Of a stretch of DNA of 64,000 nt, positions 38,569-49,165 are shown in pieces. The stretch is from contig OZ251219.1 in assembly GCA_965240465.1 (NCBI GenBank), positions 1,535,139 through 1,599,138 on the forward strand. The letters are read 5' to 3'. The DNA is from a bacterium (GTDB lineage: Bacteria > SAR324 > JACQKK01). Under the pieces are notes generated by a model that saw nothing but the letters and a program-made list of their open reading frames with translations, had not been told where the DNA came from and did no database searches. Position 1 is the first letter of the stretch. Every line of letters starts with the position of its first letter. Position numbers and translations under genes: made by a program.

Positions 38569-39040
38569 GGTTATGAGTTATCGGGATTCTCCTTATCTGG
38601 TTGAGCTATTTGATTTTGATTTGTTGCACTTGCAGCTAAACACACCTTTATTCATTGCGGTATTGGTGATGGTGGTGGTGTGGCTAGTCAATCGTTGGTG
38701 GTTTAAGCCTGTTTTGCGAAGTTTAGATGCTCGTCAAGCTCTGCTAAAGGAGTGGCGGTCGGCAGCTGAGGCTGATAATCTCAAGGCGGAGCAGTTGCTA
38801 TCGGATTACAACAAGCAGCTGGTTGAGGTTCGTAAGAGTTTGGATGGCGTTCGCAGTGAAGGACTGAAACAGGCACAGGCAAAAGCTCAACAATTGATGG
38901 CACAGGAACGCCAAGTTGCTCAGCGAGAGTTGGAAGTCAGCCGTTTAGACTTGAAGCAGCAAATAGAAGCTGCCCGTAAGGAACTACCTCAGCATGCCGA
39001 GAAGCTGGCCCAACAGGTGTGTAAGCAATTGCTATCATAG
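38561..39040 (+). CDS. atpF: ATP synthase F0 subunit b'
   Basis: Single N-terminal TM, FKPV...LD.R motif, coiled coil; first gene of the atp cluster. Confidence 0.8.
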   Translation: MSLVMSYRDSPYLVELFDFDLLHLQLNTPLFIAVLVMVVVWLVNRWWFKPVLRSLDARQALLKEWRSAAEADNLKAEQLLSDYNKQLVEVRKSLDGVRSEGLKQAQAKAQQLMAQERQVAQRELEVSRLDLKQQIEAARKELPQHAEKLAQQVCKQLLS

Positions 39041-39043
39041 AGT

Positions 39044-39715
39044 TTGATGTTGAAAAAATATTTGAATAAATATTTGAAGAACAGGAGCAAAATGCTACTG
39101 CCAGCCCATATGAAAAACTTATCGTGTGTTTTGTGTCTGGTCTTGGTTTGGGGAGTTAGCTCAGCTTGGGGAGCATCTGGCTTGGCTTGGGGAGCAGAGG
39201 TATCCCACGAGGGAGGTAATCCGTGGTTGCCCTTGCTCTGGAAGAGCATCAATCTATCCATACTGATATTGATCGCCTATTTGGTTGCCCGAAAGCCTCT
39301 GGGTTCTTTGTTGCGTGGAGCGGCTCAGTCCGAGGGCGAGTCGTATGAGGCCATCCGTCAATCTGCTACCGATGCCAAAGCTAATTTTGAGTCTCAGCAG
39401 CAGAAGTTGGCGTCCATGCAAGCCGACCTAAACACTCGCACCGCAGAGCTCAAGCAGGCACTGATCGCCGAGCAGGAGAAAATATCCTCCCAAGCGAAAG
39501 GACGTGCTAAACGCCTGAGGCAACAATTTAGGCAGCAAGCCCACCAAGAAATAGAACAAGCCCTCGCAAAATGGAAACAAAATCTCGCAGAAGAAACCAT
39601 CCGATTAGCTAAAGAAAAACTAAGTCTTAACTCTGCTCAGCAAGAAACACTGGCCCTAAGGTTCATTACCCAACTGAATCAGAGCCACCAAAACAACATC
39701 GGAAAAAACTCATGA
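39044..39715 (+). CDS. atpF: ATP synthase F0 subunit b (start uncertain)
   Basis: W..IN.....YL..KP followed by coiled coil; precedes atpH. Confidence 0.8.
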   Translation: MMLKKYLNKYLKNRSKMLLPAHMKNLSCVLCLVLVWGVSSAWGASGLAWGAEVSHEGGNPWLPLLWKSINLSILILIAYLVARKPLGSLLRGAAQSEGESYEAIRQSATDAKANFESQQQKLASMQADLNTRTAELKQALIAEQEKISSQAKGRAKRLRQQFRQQAHQEIEQALAKWKQNLAEETIRLAKEKLSLNSAQQETLALRFITQLNQSHQNNIGKNS

Positions 39716-40257
39716 GTACTGCTGTTATCACCAAGCGTTATGCCCTAGCTCTGTTCCAGATCGCCCAAAAACAGGGACAGATAGAAAAAACCTCCCAAGC
39801 ACTCCAAGCACTTTCCCGAGCGGTGAACAACTCTCCCCCTTTACAGAAAACCTTGACTAATCCCGCCACCAAAGTCACTACCCGAATACTACTACAACTA
39901 CTGAAACTCCTGAAAGCACCCCGTACACTCGCCAATCTGCCCCAAACACTCGCCAAAAAACAACGCCTAAACCTACTAAAACCACTGGCAAACACCTTTG
40001 ATAGCATCGCCGATGAAAACGCTAATCGCTTGCAAGCTGTCGTTCATTCCGTGGAACCGCTCCATCCAAAACTACAGCAAACCCTAAAACAAAAACTGGA
40101 ACTCATGCTAAATAAAAAAATACTCCTCACTAACAAAATAAATCCCCAACTGCTAGGAGGCCTAACCATCTCCATAGGAAGTCGTGTCTGGGACGGTAGC
40201 CTTAAACGTAAATTGCAATCCCTGCAGGAAAACTTTAGCAAAACCGAGACATCATAA
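39712..40257 (+). CDS. atpH: ATP synthase F1 subunit delta
   Basis: KRYALALF and LLGGL....GSRVWDGS motifs. Confidence 0.92.
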   Translation: MSTAVITKRYALALFQIAQKQGQIEKTSQALQALSRAVNNSPPLQKTLTNPATKVTTRILLQLLKLLKAPRTLANLPQTLAKKQRLNLLKPLANTFDSIADENANRLQAVVHSVEPLHPKLQQTLKQKLELMLNKKILLTNKINPQLLGGLTISIGSRVWDGSLKRKLQSLQENFSKTETS

Positions 40258-40597
40258 CTGGGACATAGTAATAGTAACTGAGACATCGTAACTGGGACAT
40301 CGTAACTGGGACATCGTAACTGAGACATCGTAACTGGGACATCGTAACTGAGACATCGTAACTGAGACATCGTAACTGGGACATCGTAACTGAGACATCG
40401 TAACTGGGACATAGTAATAGTAACTGAGACATCGTAACTGGGACATCGTAACTGACATATCGTAACTGGGACATCGTAACTGGGACATAGTAACTGACAT
40501 ATCGTAACTGGGACATAGTAACTGACATATCGTAACTGACATATCGTAACTGACATATCGTAACTGACCCATCGTAACTGACCCATCGTAACTGACC
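40246..40597. repeat. 14-nt tandem repeat (CATCGTAACTGGGA family), ~25 copies, between atpH and atpA
   Basis: Directly visible; begins inside the last atpH codons. Confidence 0.96.
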
Positions 40598-40624
40598 GCA
40601 ACCCACATCCATAATAGAGTACTA

Positions 40625-42151
40625 ATGCCTACCTCTCAAAAACTGCGTGCTGAAGAGATCAGCTCCATATTGCAAAAAGAACTCGCCAACTTTGATAACC
40701 AGACCCAAATTGAAGAAGTAGGAACCATCATCACCGTGGGAGATGGTATCGCTCGGGTACACGGGCTAGACAACGTACAGATGGGAGAGTTGCTAAGTTT
40801 TCCCAATCAGCTAACGGGGATTGTCCTTAATCTGGAAGAAGACAATGTAGGGGTGGTGCTGATGGGCGAACAACAGCAACTCAGGGAGGGAGACCAAGTC
40901 CGCCGTACCGAGCAAATAGCCTCAGTTCCCGTAGGGCCAGACTTCTTAGGCAGGGTCGTTGACCCCTTGGGAGAACCCATAGATGGTAAAGGGCCTATTA
41001 AATCAACCGAAAAGCGATTGATGGACATCGTAGCCCCCGGGATTATCAGCCGACAGCCCGTCCACGAGCCCTTGCAAACTGGCATCAAGGCGATTGACAG
41101 CATGATACCAATCGGCCGCGGGCAGCGTGAGCTCATCATTGGCGACCGCCAAACAGGCAAAACTGCCATCACCATTGACACCATCATCAATCAACGCGAC
41201 CAAGGAGTTATCTGCATATATGTCGCCATCGGACAAAAAAACTCCAATGTAGTCAACGTGGTACAACAACTCGAAGAAGCCGATGCCATGAAAAACACCA
41301 TCGTAGTTTCCGCTTCTGCTGCCGACCCCGCCCCGTTACAGTACATCGCTCCGATGGCTGGCTGTAGCATCGGTGAATACTTTATGCACCAAGGAAAGCA
41401 CGTCCTATGCATCTATGATGACCTCTCCAAGCAAGCGGTAGCCTATCGCCAGCTGTCCCTATTATTGCGCCGCCCCCCAGGTAGAGAAGCCTACCCCGGC
41501 GATGTCTTCTACCTCCATAGTCGGCTACTCGAACGGGCCGCCAAGCTAAACAAAGAACACGGCGGCGGCTCCTTAACTGCTCTCCCCATCATTGAAACTC
41601 AAGCTGGTGACATCTCCGCCTACATCCCCACTAATGTTATATCCATTACCGATGGGCAAATCTTCCTCAGCTCAGACCTCTTCAATGCTGGGTTGAGACC
41701 AGCTGTTAATGTGGGTCTATCAGTCTCCAGAGTAGGTGGCGCGGCTCAAGTTAAGGCCATGAAAAAAATCGCTGGCACTTTGCGTTTGGAACTCGCTCAA
41801 TACCGTGAAAAAGCTGCTTTTGCTCAGTTCGGTAGCGACCTTGATAAAGCCACCCAAGCCCAACTCGCCCGCGGTGAACGCTTGACCGAACTGCTTAAAC
41901 AAGACCAATATCGCCCCCTGAAAGTGACCGACCAAATCCTCTCCATCTTTGCAGGAACTCGCGGCGGACTGGATGATATTCCAGTGAGCTCGGTGAAAAA
42001 ATTTGAGACCGAATTCCTCGCTTTCATCCACAATAGCCACGCTGAAATATATACACAACTGGAAGATAAACTTATCATGACTGATGAACTATCTCAAAAA
42101 TTTGAGGACGCCTTAAACGACTTCAAAAAAACCTTCCAGATAAAAAATTGA
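40625..42151 (+). CDS. atpA: ATP synthase F1 subunit alpha
   Basis: [30 protein letters not shown] motifs. Confidence 0.99.
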   Translation: MPTSQKLRAEEISSILQKELANFDNQTQIEEVGTIITVGDGIARVHGLDNVQMGELLSFPNQLTGIVLNLEEDNVGVVLMGEQQQLREGDQVRRTEQIASVPVGPDFLGRVVDPLGEPIDGKGPIKSTEKRLMDIVAPGIISRQPVHEPLQTGIKAIDSMIPIGRGQRELIIGDRQTGKTAITIDTIINQRDQGVICIYVAIGQKNSNVVNVVQQLEEADAMKNTIVVSASAADPAPLQYIAPMAGCSIGEYFMHQGKHVLCIYDDLSKQAVAYRQLSLLLRRPPGREAYPGDVFYLHSRLLERAAKLNKEHGGGSLTALPIIETQAGDISAYIPTNVISITDGQIFLSSDLFNAGLRPAVNVGLSVSRVGGAAQVKAMKKIAGTLRLELAQYREKAAFAQFGSDLDKATQAQLARGERLTELLKQDQYRPLKVTDQILSIFAGTRGGLDDIPVSSVKKFETEFLAFIHNSHAEIYTQLEDKLIMTDELSQKFEDALNDFKKTFQIKN

Positions 42152-42158
42152 TGGATAA

Positions 42159-43091
42159 ATGAAAAACATAGAGCTAAAAAGAATTGATGCAGACGAAGAA
42201 ACTACTGCAAAACTACTTCCATTTTGTAGCTTAAAGCTGGGAGATATTTGGATTGACCCTGTGTTTGGTCATAAAATAGCTTGTATTGATTCAACTGATT
42301 CTGCACAAGTAAAAAAAATGATGAACGGTGAAAAAGCAAAACTAGCTATCCACGACCCCCCTTATAACTTTATTGCTTTTGACATTCAACGCTTGGATAA
42401 ATTTATCCAGTGGTGTAAGCACTGGATAAAAAACACAGCTGAATCCCTTGATGATGCAGGCTCTGCCTTTTACATTTGGCTAGGAGCTGACCAAAAAAAT
42501 GACTTCCAACCCCTACCAGACTTTATGATAATGATGCGTAATTTTATGGAGTTTAAGTCTCGTTCATTTATAACCATGCGTAATCAACGAGGCTATGGGA
42601 CTCAAAAAAATTGGATGTCTGTCAGGCAGGAGTGTCTTTATTACATAAAGGGAGAACCATTTTTCAAAGTTCAATATACTGATATACCTAAAATTCTCAA
42701 GGGGTATTATAAAAAAATAGATGGAGATCTTGTAGATAACTTTTCTAGAAGCAAATCAAAAAATATAAGACCAAGCAACGTTTGGGTAGATATTCAACAA
42801 GTTTTTTACCGTATGATAGAAAATGTTAATGGGTGTTATGCTCAAAAGCCATTGAAAAGCATTGAAAGGATTATGATATCAAGTTCGCAAGAAAATGACA
42901 TTACAATTGATTTTTTTGGGCACTCTGGAACTACACTTATTGCTGCAGAAATGTTGAAAAGGAAATGTTTTATTGCTGATAATAACCCAATTTATTGTGA
43001 AATTATGATTAAGCGACTTAATAATTTTCGTAAATATGGACAGACAGGTTGGCAAAATAGTAGTCCGTTTGAAAATGAGCTACAGGAATAG
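42159..43091 (+). CDS. N4-cytosine/N6-adenine DNA methyltransferase (beta-type motif order)
   Basis: DPPY before QKP and DFFGHSGTT; AT-rich. Confidence 0.88.
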   Translation: MKNIELKRIDADEETTAKLLPFCSLKLGDIWIDPVFGHKIACIDSTDSAQVKKMMNGEKAKLAIHDPPYNFIAFDIQRLDKFIQWCKHWIKNTAESLDDAGSAFYIWLGADQKNDFQPLPDFMIMMRNFMEFKSRSFITMRNQRGYGTQKNWMSVRQECLYYIKGEPFFKVQYTDIPKILKGYYKKIDGDLVDNFSRSKSKNIRPSNVWVDIQQVFYRMIENVNGCYAQKPLKSIERIMISSSQENDITIDFFGHSGTTLIAAEMLKRKCFIADNNPIYCEIMIKRLNNFRKYGQTGWQNSSPFENELQE

Positions 43092-43821
43092 AGTAACTTG
43101 TATTGTGGAACAATTAAAAGAAACATTAGAAAAATTGATATTGGAACTAAAGAATTCTAATGATATTTTAACTAAGCTAAATAAACTGGTATCTGTGTAT
43201 CCATTTAATGAATATGAATACATGATTTCCGTGCTTTTGGGATTCAATAAATTATCTTTAGATGAGTATTATATCCTTAGAGATGAATACATACACAGAA
43301 ACTTATTCTTGTATATCTTTGAAATTAATGCACCTCGTGGATTTGGAGAAAAATGGGCACAAGGACACTTAAAAGAGCTTGTTCCCGAACTGAAAAAACC
43401 ATCTAAACTATCTAATCCAAACTATTCTGGGCAATATGATTTTTGGCTAGATGATAAAATAGCTGTTGAAATAAAGGCATCTAGAACTACCGATTCTAGT
43501 ATTGACGCTCCGTTATATGAAAAAGCACTAGCTTCTAATTCTAAAAAACCCTTCCTAATGAACTTTCAGCAAATAAAACCTGAATGCTGTGATGTTTTTA
43601 TTTGAATCGCTGTTTGGAGGGATAAAATCTACTATTGGGTACTTTCCTCTAATGAGGTAAAAAATAATTCGCACTACTCCAAAGGACAACATAAAGGAAA
43701 TATAGGTGAAGGCCAGCTACATATGCGTCACGATAATATAAACGACTTTGATAAATATCGTTCTAAAAATAGAAACTTGCTTGACGCTATCTGTTCTGCA
43801 TATAAAAGGCAAAATGCCTAA
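43075..43821 (+). pseudogene. Putative restriction endonuclease interrupted by in-frame TGA (43603-43605)
   Basis: PD-(D/E)xK-like YDFW...VEIKAS; the frame continues IAVWRDKIYYW...GEGQLH...KRQNA to TAA 43819-43821. Confidence 0.7.
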
Positions 43822-43871
43822 CTGATAAAGAATAAAGCCTTAAATAGTATATCACCCCAAAAAATTGTAAA

Positions 43872-44747
43872 ATGCCTACCACCCGTGAACTAAAAAGACG
43901 CATTGATAGCGTCACTAATACTCGCAAAATAACCAGTGCCATGCGGATGGTCGCAGCTGCTAAACTAAACCGCTCTCAACAAAATGCTCGGCAAGCTCAG
44001 CCCTACGCACAACAATTATCCCAAACCCTCAAACTCCTCCCTACCCAACATCCCTTCTTTCAAAAAAATCACTCCTCACACCCATCGCTAATACTGCTCA
44101 CCACCGACCGCGGACTAGCAGGTGCTTTTAATTCCCAAATCAATAAAGCCGCCTACAACTTCCTAAACCAACAACAAACCGCCAGCCTCGCTATCTTCGG
44201 ACGCAAAGGGCAGGACTTCTTCCGCTCCCGAACTCAAACATCACTCTCCATTCACTCCACCATCACTCAAATACCCATGCCAGAGCGTACCCGACAACTC
44301 GATAACACCATCGCTCAACTCTCTAATGACTTCTTAAAAGAAAAAACCAGTGGCATCTGGCTCGCCTATAATCGCTTCTATAATCCCCTCAAACAACTCC
44401 CTGAACTCAGGCAAATACTACCTATCGTCCCAGAAAATCCCCGCAAAACCAGCGACATACCCCCCCCCCCCGTGTCCTCCGACACATCCGCCGAAGCACA
44501 GGTGATCCTTGAACCCTCTCCCAAAAAATTGGAGAGCATCTTGAGCGATTATCTTATCAACCAAGCCTATATCGCCCTGCTAGAAACCGAAGCCGGTGAA
44601 CACGGAGCCCGCATGGTCGCCATGGAAGCAGCAACTAAAAACGCTGGCGAAATGATCAATTCCCTCACCCTCCAATACAACCGATTGCGACAAGCCGCCA
44701 TCACTAGCGAATTAATAGAAATTATCAACGGAGCTCAGGCATTGTAA
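43872..44747 (+). CDS. atpG: ATP synthase F1 subunit gamma
   Basis: KITSAMRMVAAAK, DRGLAG and RQAAITSELIEI motifs. Confidence 0.97.
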   Translation: MPTTRELKRRIDSVTNTRKITSAMRMVAAAKLNRSQQNARQAQPYAQQLSQTLKLLPTQHPFFQKNHSSHPSLILLTTDRGLAGAFNSQINKAAYNFLNQQQTASLAIFGRKGQDFFRSRTQTSLSIHSTITQIPMPERTRQLDNTIAQLSNDFLKEKTSGIWLAYNRFYNPLKQLPELRQILPIVPENPRKTSDIPPPPVSSDTSAEAQVILEPSPKKLESILSDYLINQAYIALLETEAGEHGARMVAMEAATKNAGEMINSLTLQYNRLRQAAITSELIEIINGAQAL

Positions 44748-45059
44748 AATTTCTTGTGTGTTACCCCCCCCCCCCCCCTTAAAAAAAGGAATTAGCGGTC
44801 TCACCATGAAAAGAGTTGTCGGTACAATATCGTCAATCATTCCACGGGTTAATGTAAAAAACATAATCGGAATAAAAAATGTGTAGGATTTTTTTAGAAA
44901 AGTAGGTTACAGTGGATAACCTCCATTTCAGCATCGGGATTACAGAGATATACATCAATGATTTTGCCTGTTGATGAGGGTAGGGTGTCGTACGCTAGGA
45001 CGTATAGACAGATTGCTTGAGGATCAAGTGATGGGATTGGTACGAAAGGTAGTATAACA

Positions 45060-45509
45060 ATGGATGCCAAAAATCAGGTTGAAGAAGTTTTTGTTGCTGC
45101 GAACTACTTTATCAAAAAAGCAAAGAGTGTCAGCATTATGAAGCTAATTAAGTTAGCTTATATTTCTCATGGGTGGCACTTGGCTATCTATGATAGACCC
45201 TTATTTTTTAATCGTATAGAGGCATGGCAGTATGGCCCCGTCATACCAGATTTGTACTACGCTTCAAAATACCATGGTAATGGAAGGATGCTAGATAATG
45301 TGTTCTGCGATTATGAATTGCCAAATGATAATACAACTGAGTTCTTGGAGACATGCTACAAGTACTATGGTGGTCTGTCTCCCCTTGCCCTTTCAAGTCT
45401 TACTCACAAAGAAGGAACACCGTGGGAAGATGTTTATAAAGAGGGAGAGCGAGGAACAGAGATATCCAATGAAGTAATAAAAAAGTATTATAAAAATCGT
45501 ATGAAATAA
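45060..45509 (+). CDS. Panacea (SocA/GepA, DUF4065)-domain antitoxin
   Basis: MKLIKLAY..HGW.L, IEAWQYGPV and LS.LTH..GTPW motifs. Confidence 0.88.
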   Translation: MDAKNQVEEVFVAANYFIKKAKSVSIMKLIKLAYISHGWHLAIYDRPLFFNRIEAWQYGPVIPDLYYASKYHGNGRMLDNVFCDYELPNDNTTEFLETCYKYYGGLSPLALSSLTHKEGTPWEDVYKEGERGTEISNEVIKKYYKNRMK

Positions 45510-45510
45510 A

Positions 45511-45911
45511 ATGAGTGATGAAAACAAAAATAAAGCAGAAGGGGGTATGGCAGAAGATGAGGAAGAAGCTTCTCCCGAAAGCTTTGCTGGTCCTAAATCA
45601 GGAAAAGAAGAAAATTACTTAGAAAAACAAATAGAGAGTAATTATGTTAGATGGCATAAAATGTTTGGGACTGTTGTTGAAAAGCTTATTGGATTATCAT
45701 TTTTTGCCATTTTATTTATTGTCATTTTGATTTTGTCGGGATTGGGTATTTGGTTTTTTCATGTGTTTACTAATTGGGGATGGCTAAAAGATGAAAAATT
45801 CAGACAATCGAAGGACTCATTTTTAATGGTTCTTTTGGGTCATTACTAACAATTGCTATTGGAAGAACACTTAAAAATTATATGGGACAACATATACAAC
45901 CCAAACATTAA
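45511..45911 (+). pseudogene. Small membrane protein (candidate Panacea-paired toxin), frameshifted at an A-tract
   Basis: ORF to 45849; adding one A at 45794-45798 gives IQTIEGLIFNGSFGSLLTIAIGR... (second hydrophobic segment) to TAA 45909-45911. Confidence 0.5.
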
Positions 45912-46098
45912 AGCAGCGTTGTCTACCCTGCTGCTACTGCTCTTGATTTGTGCCTTTTTTGTATAGTCAGCTTATAAATCCTCCCTCTAAAAATGCTTGA
46001 AAAAATATGAAATAAGGCTACATTGAAGGGTGTGAAGCAATGGCTCTAGCTTGTTAGCTGGAAAAAAGAAGTTGAGTAAATTAGAAACAAGGCAAGCA

Positions 46099-46152
46099 AA
46101 TTAGCTGAGAATTAGCTGGAAAATAGCTGGAAAATAGCTGGAAAATAGCTGA
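46099..46152. repeat. 11-nt tandem repeat AAATAGCTGGA, ~5 copies
   Basis: Directly visible; AGTAAAGGCA x3 also spans the atpD start. Confidence 0.85.
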
Positions 46153-46205
46153 AAGAGGGCATGTGAATTATCAGGGTGGTATTACAGTAAAGGCAGTACT
46201 AGTAA

Positions 46206-47627
<1,422 letters not shown>

Positions 47628-47712
47628 ACCCCCCCCCCATTACACCCCCCCCTAAAAAACCATCTAGGTGCCAGCTCATCAGCTCATAGACCTCTTGAGA
47701 AAAGGGGGGCGT

Positions 47713-49041
47713 CTACTGAGAATGAATGACCTGAATGATGTCGGTAGCGGCCGCTTGTTTGGCAGGGAGATAAGCTCCTAAGATGCTGGCTATCATAACT
47801 GCCAGAGCCACCCCGAGGCAATCTTGCCAAAGGAGCAAAATGGGGACTTGGTCGCTACCAGGATAAATCCCTGGGGGCAGCTTGAGGGAAGTTAATCTAC
47901 TGAAAGACCCGCAAATCGCTAGCCCAACGCCCATGCCCAATATCAAGCCACTACTGCCTATCAGCAAACCTTGAAAGATGAAGGCTCGCTGTATCTTTTG
48001 GGAGGAAATACCCAACGCCGATAACACCGCAATCTCGCGTTTCTTATCGCTGACTAACATGCTCAAAGTTCCTGTCATGCCAAACAAAGCTACCGCGACT
48101 ATCAAAAACAACACTAAAAATAAAGCTACCTTTTGTATCTTGATTAACTTAAACAATTGCTGATTACTCTCCAGCCAGCTATACACATATGCCGATTGAT
48201 ATATCAGCCGATCACGCAACAACTGAGCAGCCCCATTTGATCGCAAAGGCTTTTCCAGCTTCAAACCCAGACCAGCCCCAGATGTATCAGACGGAAACAA
48301 GGCTCGCAAAGTGGATAATTCCACCACCACCACTAAATCATCAAAGGCACTGACGCCAGTATCCAGCCAACCTGTGACCCTAAGCCTCAGTGGATTAGGA
48401 CTGGGCAACCACTGATCCCGTGATTGAACATCTAGCACCTTGATCTGTTCTCCCAATTTCACCCCCAAACGAGACCCAATACTGCGACTGAACCATATCT
48501 GTTTAGTGCCATCTGCTGCGGTTTCACCAAGCTTTAAGGCAAATTGCCCCGTAGCCTCTTGAGAGCCACCAGCCCCTTGCGAGGCAGATTCGGTATCTAT
48601 CAATTTCAGCAGGGCTTTGTCATCAGCGATTTCGCTGGCATTCAGTCCTCGCATTAACACCCCCGAAATCCCGCGAGGACCTGATAACACCGTCTCTTTG
48701 GAAATATACCGAGAAACATCCCGCACCTTATACCCGCTTTCCAGCCATTCACGCAATTTCTCTTCCCGCTGCTGAGATTGCTCGGGGCTGGCTTTGCCGT
48801 CCCACTCCACCGATAAATGTGGAAACGCACTAGCCATCACTCGCACCAAATTACTGCGATAGCCATTCATCACCGCCAACGAAACCACCATCGCGGCGAC
48901 CCCAAGGGCCGTGCCAGTCATGGCAGCCCAAGCCGTCCAAGCGATGGTTGCTTTATCCCCTGTTCCTTTTACATTACGCGAGCGGAGCCAGGTCATTCCC
49001 AGTACCCATTCTAGGCGTGTTCCTTTTTTTTCTTTCTTCAT
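47713..49041 (-). CDS. Lipoprotein-releasing ABC transporter permease (LolC/E)
   Basis: ALGVAAMVVSLAVMNG, V.DK.REIAVL.ALG and YLPA..AA motifs. Confidence 0.85.
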   Translation of the reverse strand: MKKEKKGTRLEWVLGMTWLRSRNVKGTGDKATIAWTAWAAMTGTALGVAAMVVSLAVMNGYRSNLVRVMASAFPHLSVEWDGKASPEQSQQREEKLREWLESGYKVRDVSRYISKETVLSGPRGISGVLMRGLNASEIADDKALLKLIDTESASQGAGGSQEATGQFALKLGETAADGTKQIWFSRSIGSRLGVKLGEQIKVLDVQSRDQWLPSPNPLRLRVTGWLDTGVSAFDDLVVVVELSTLRALFPSDTSGAGLGLKLEKPLRSNGAAQLLRDRLIYQSAYVYSWLESNQQLFKLIKIQKVALFLVLFLIVAVALFGMTGTLSMLVSDKKREIAVLSALGISSQKIQRAFIFQGLLIGSSGLILGMGVGLAICGSFSRLTSLKLPPGIYPGSDQVPILLLWQDCLGVALAVMIASILGAYLPAKQAAATDIIQVIHSQ

Positions 49042-49077
49042 GCCTAAACAGACGACCAGTAAAATTAGACTTTAAGC

Positions 49078-49165
49078 AGGATTGCCAATCACTTTTGGCT
49101 CGCCAATCACCTTTGGATTGCCTACTGGCTGTAGGTTCGCCAATCACCTTTGGATTGGTGATTAT
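49078..49165. repeat. Repeated GCCAATCACCTTTGG with an inverted copy (hairpin) at the cyclase stop
   Basis: Three direct copies, ending in ...GGATTGGTGATT. Confidence 0.7.

Noticed and set aside
40044-40612. Three - strand ORFs over the atpH-atpA gap
   Set aside because: Artefacts of a stop-free 14-mer repeat
43603-43605. Alternative genetic code or selenocysteine at TGA
   Set aside because: TGA terminates several conserved genes at their normal ends; the context suggests a mutated Trp codon
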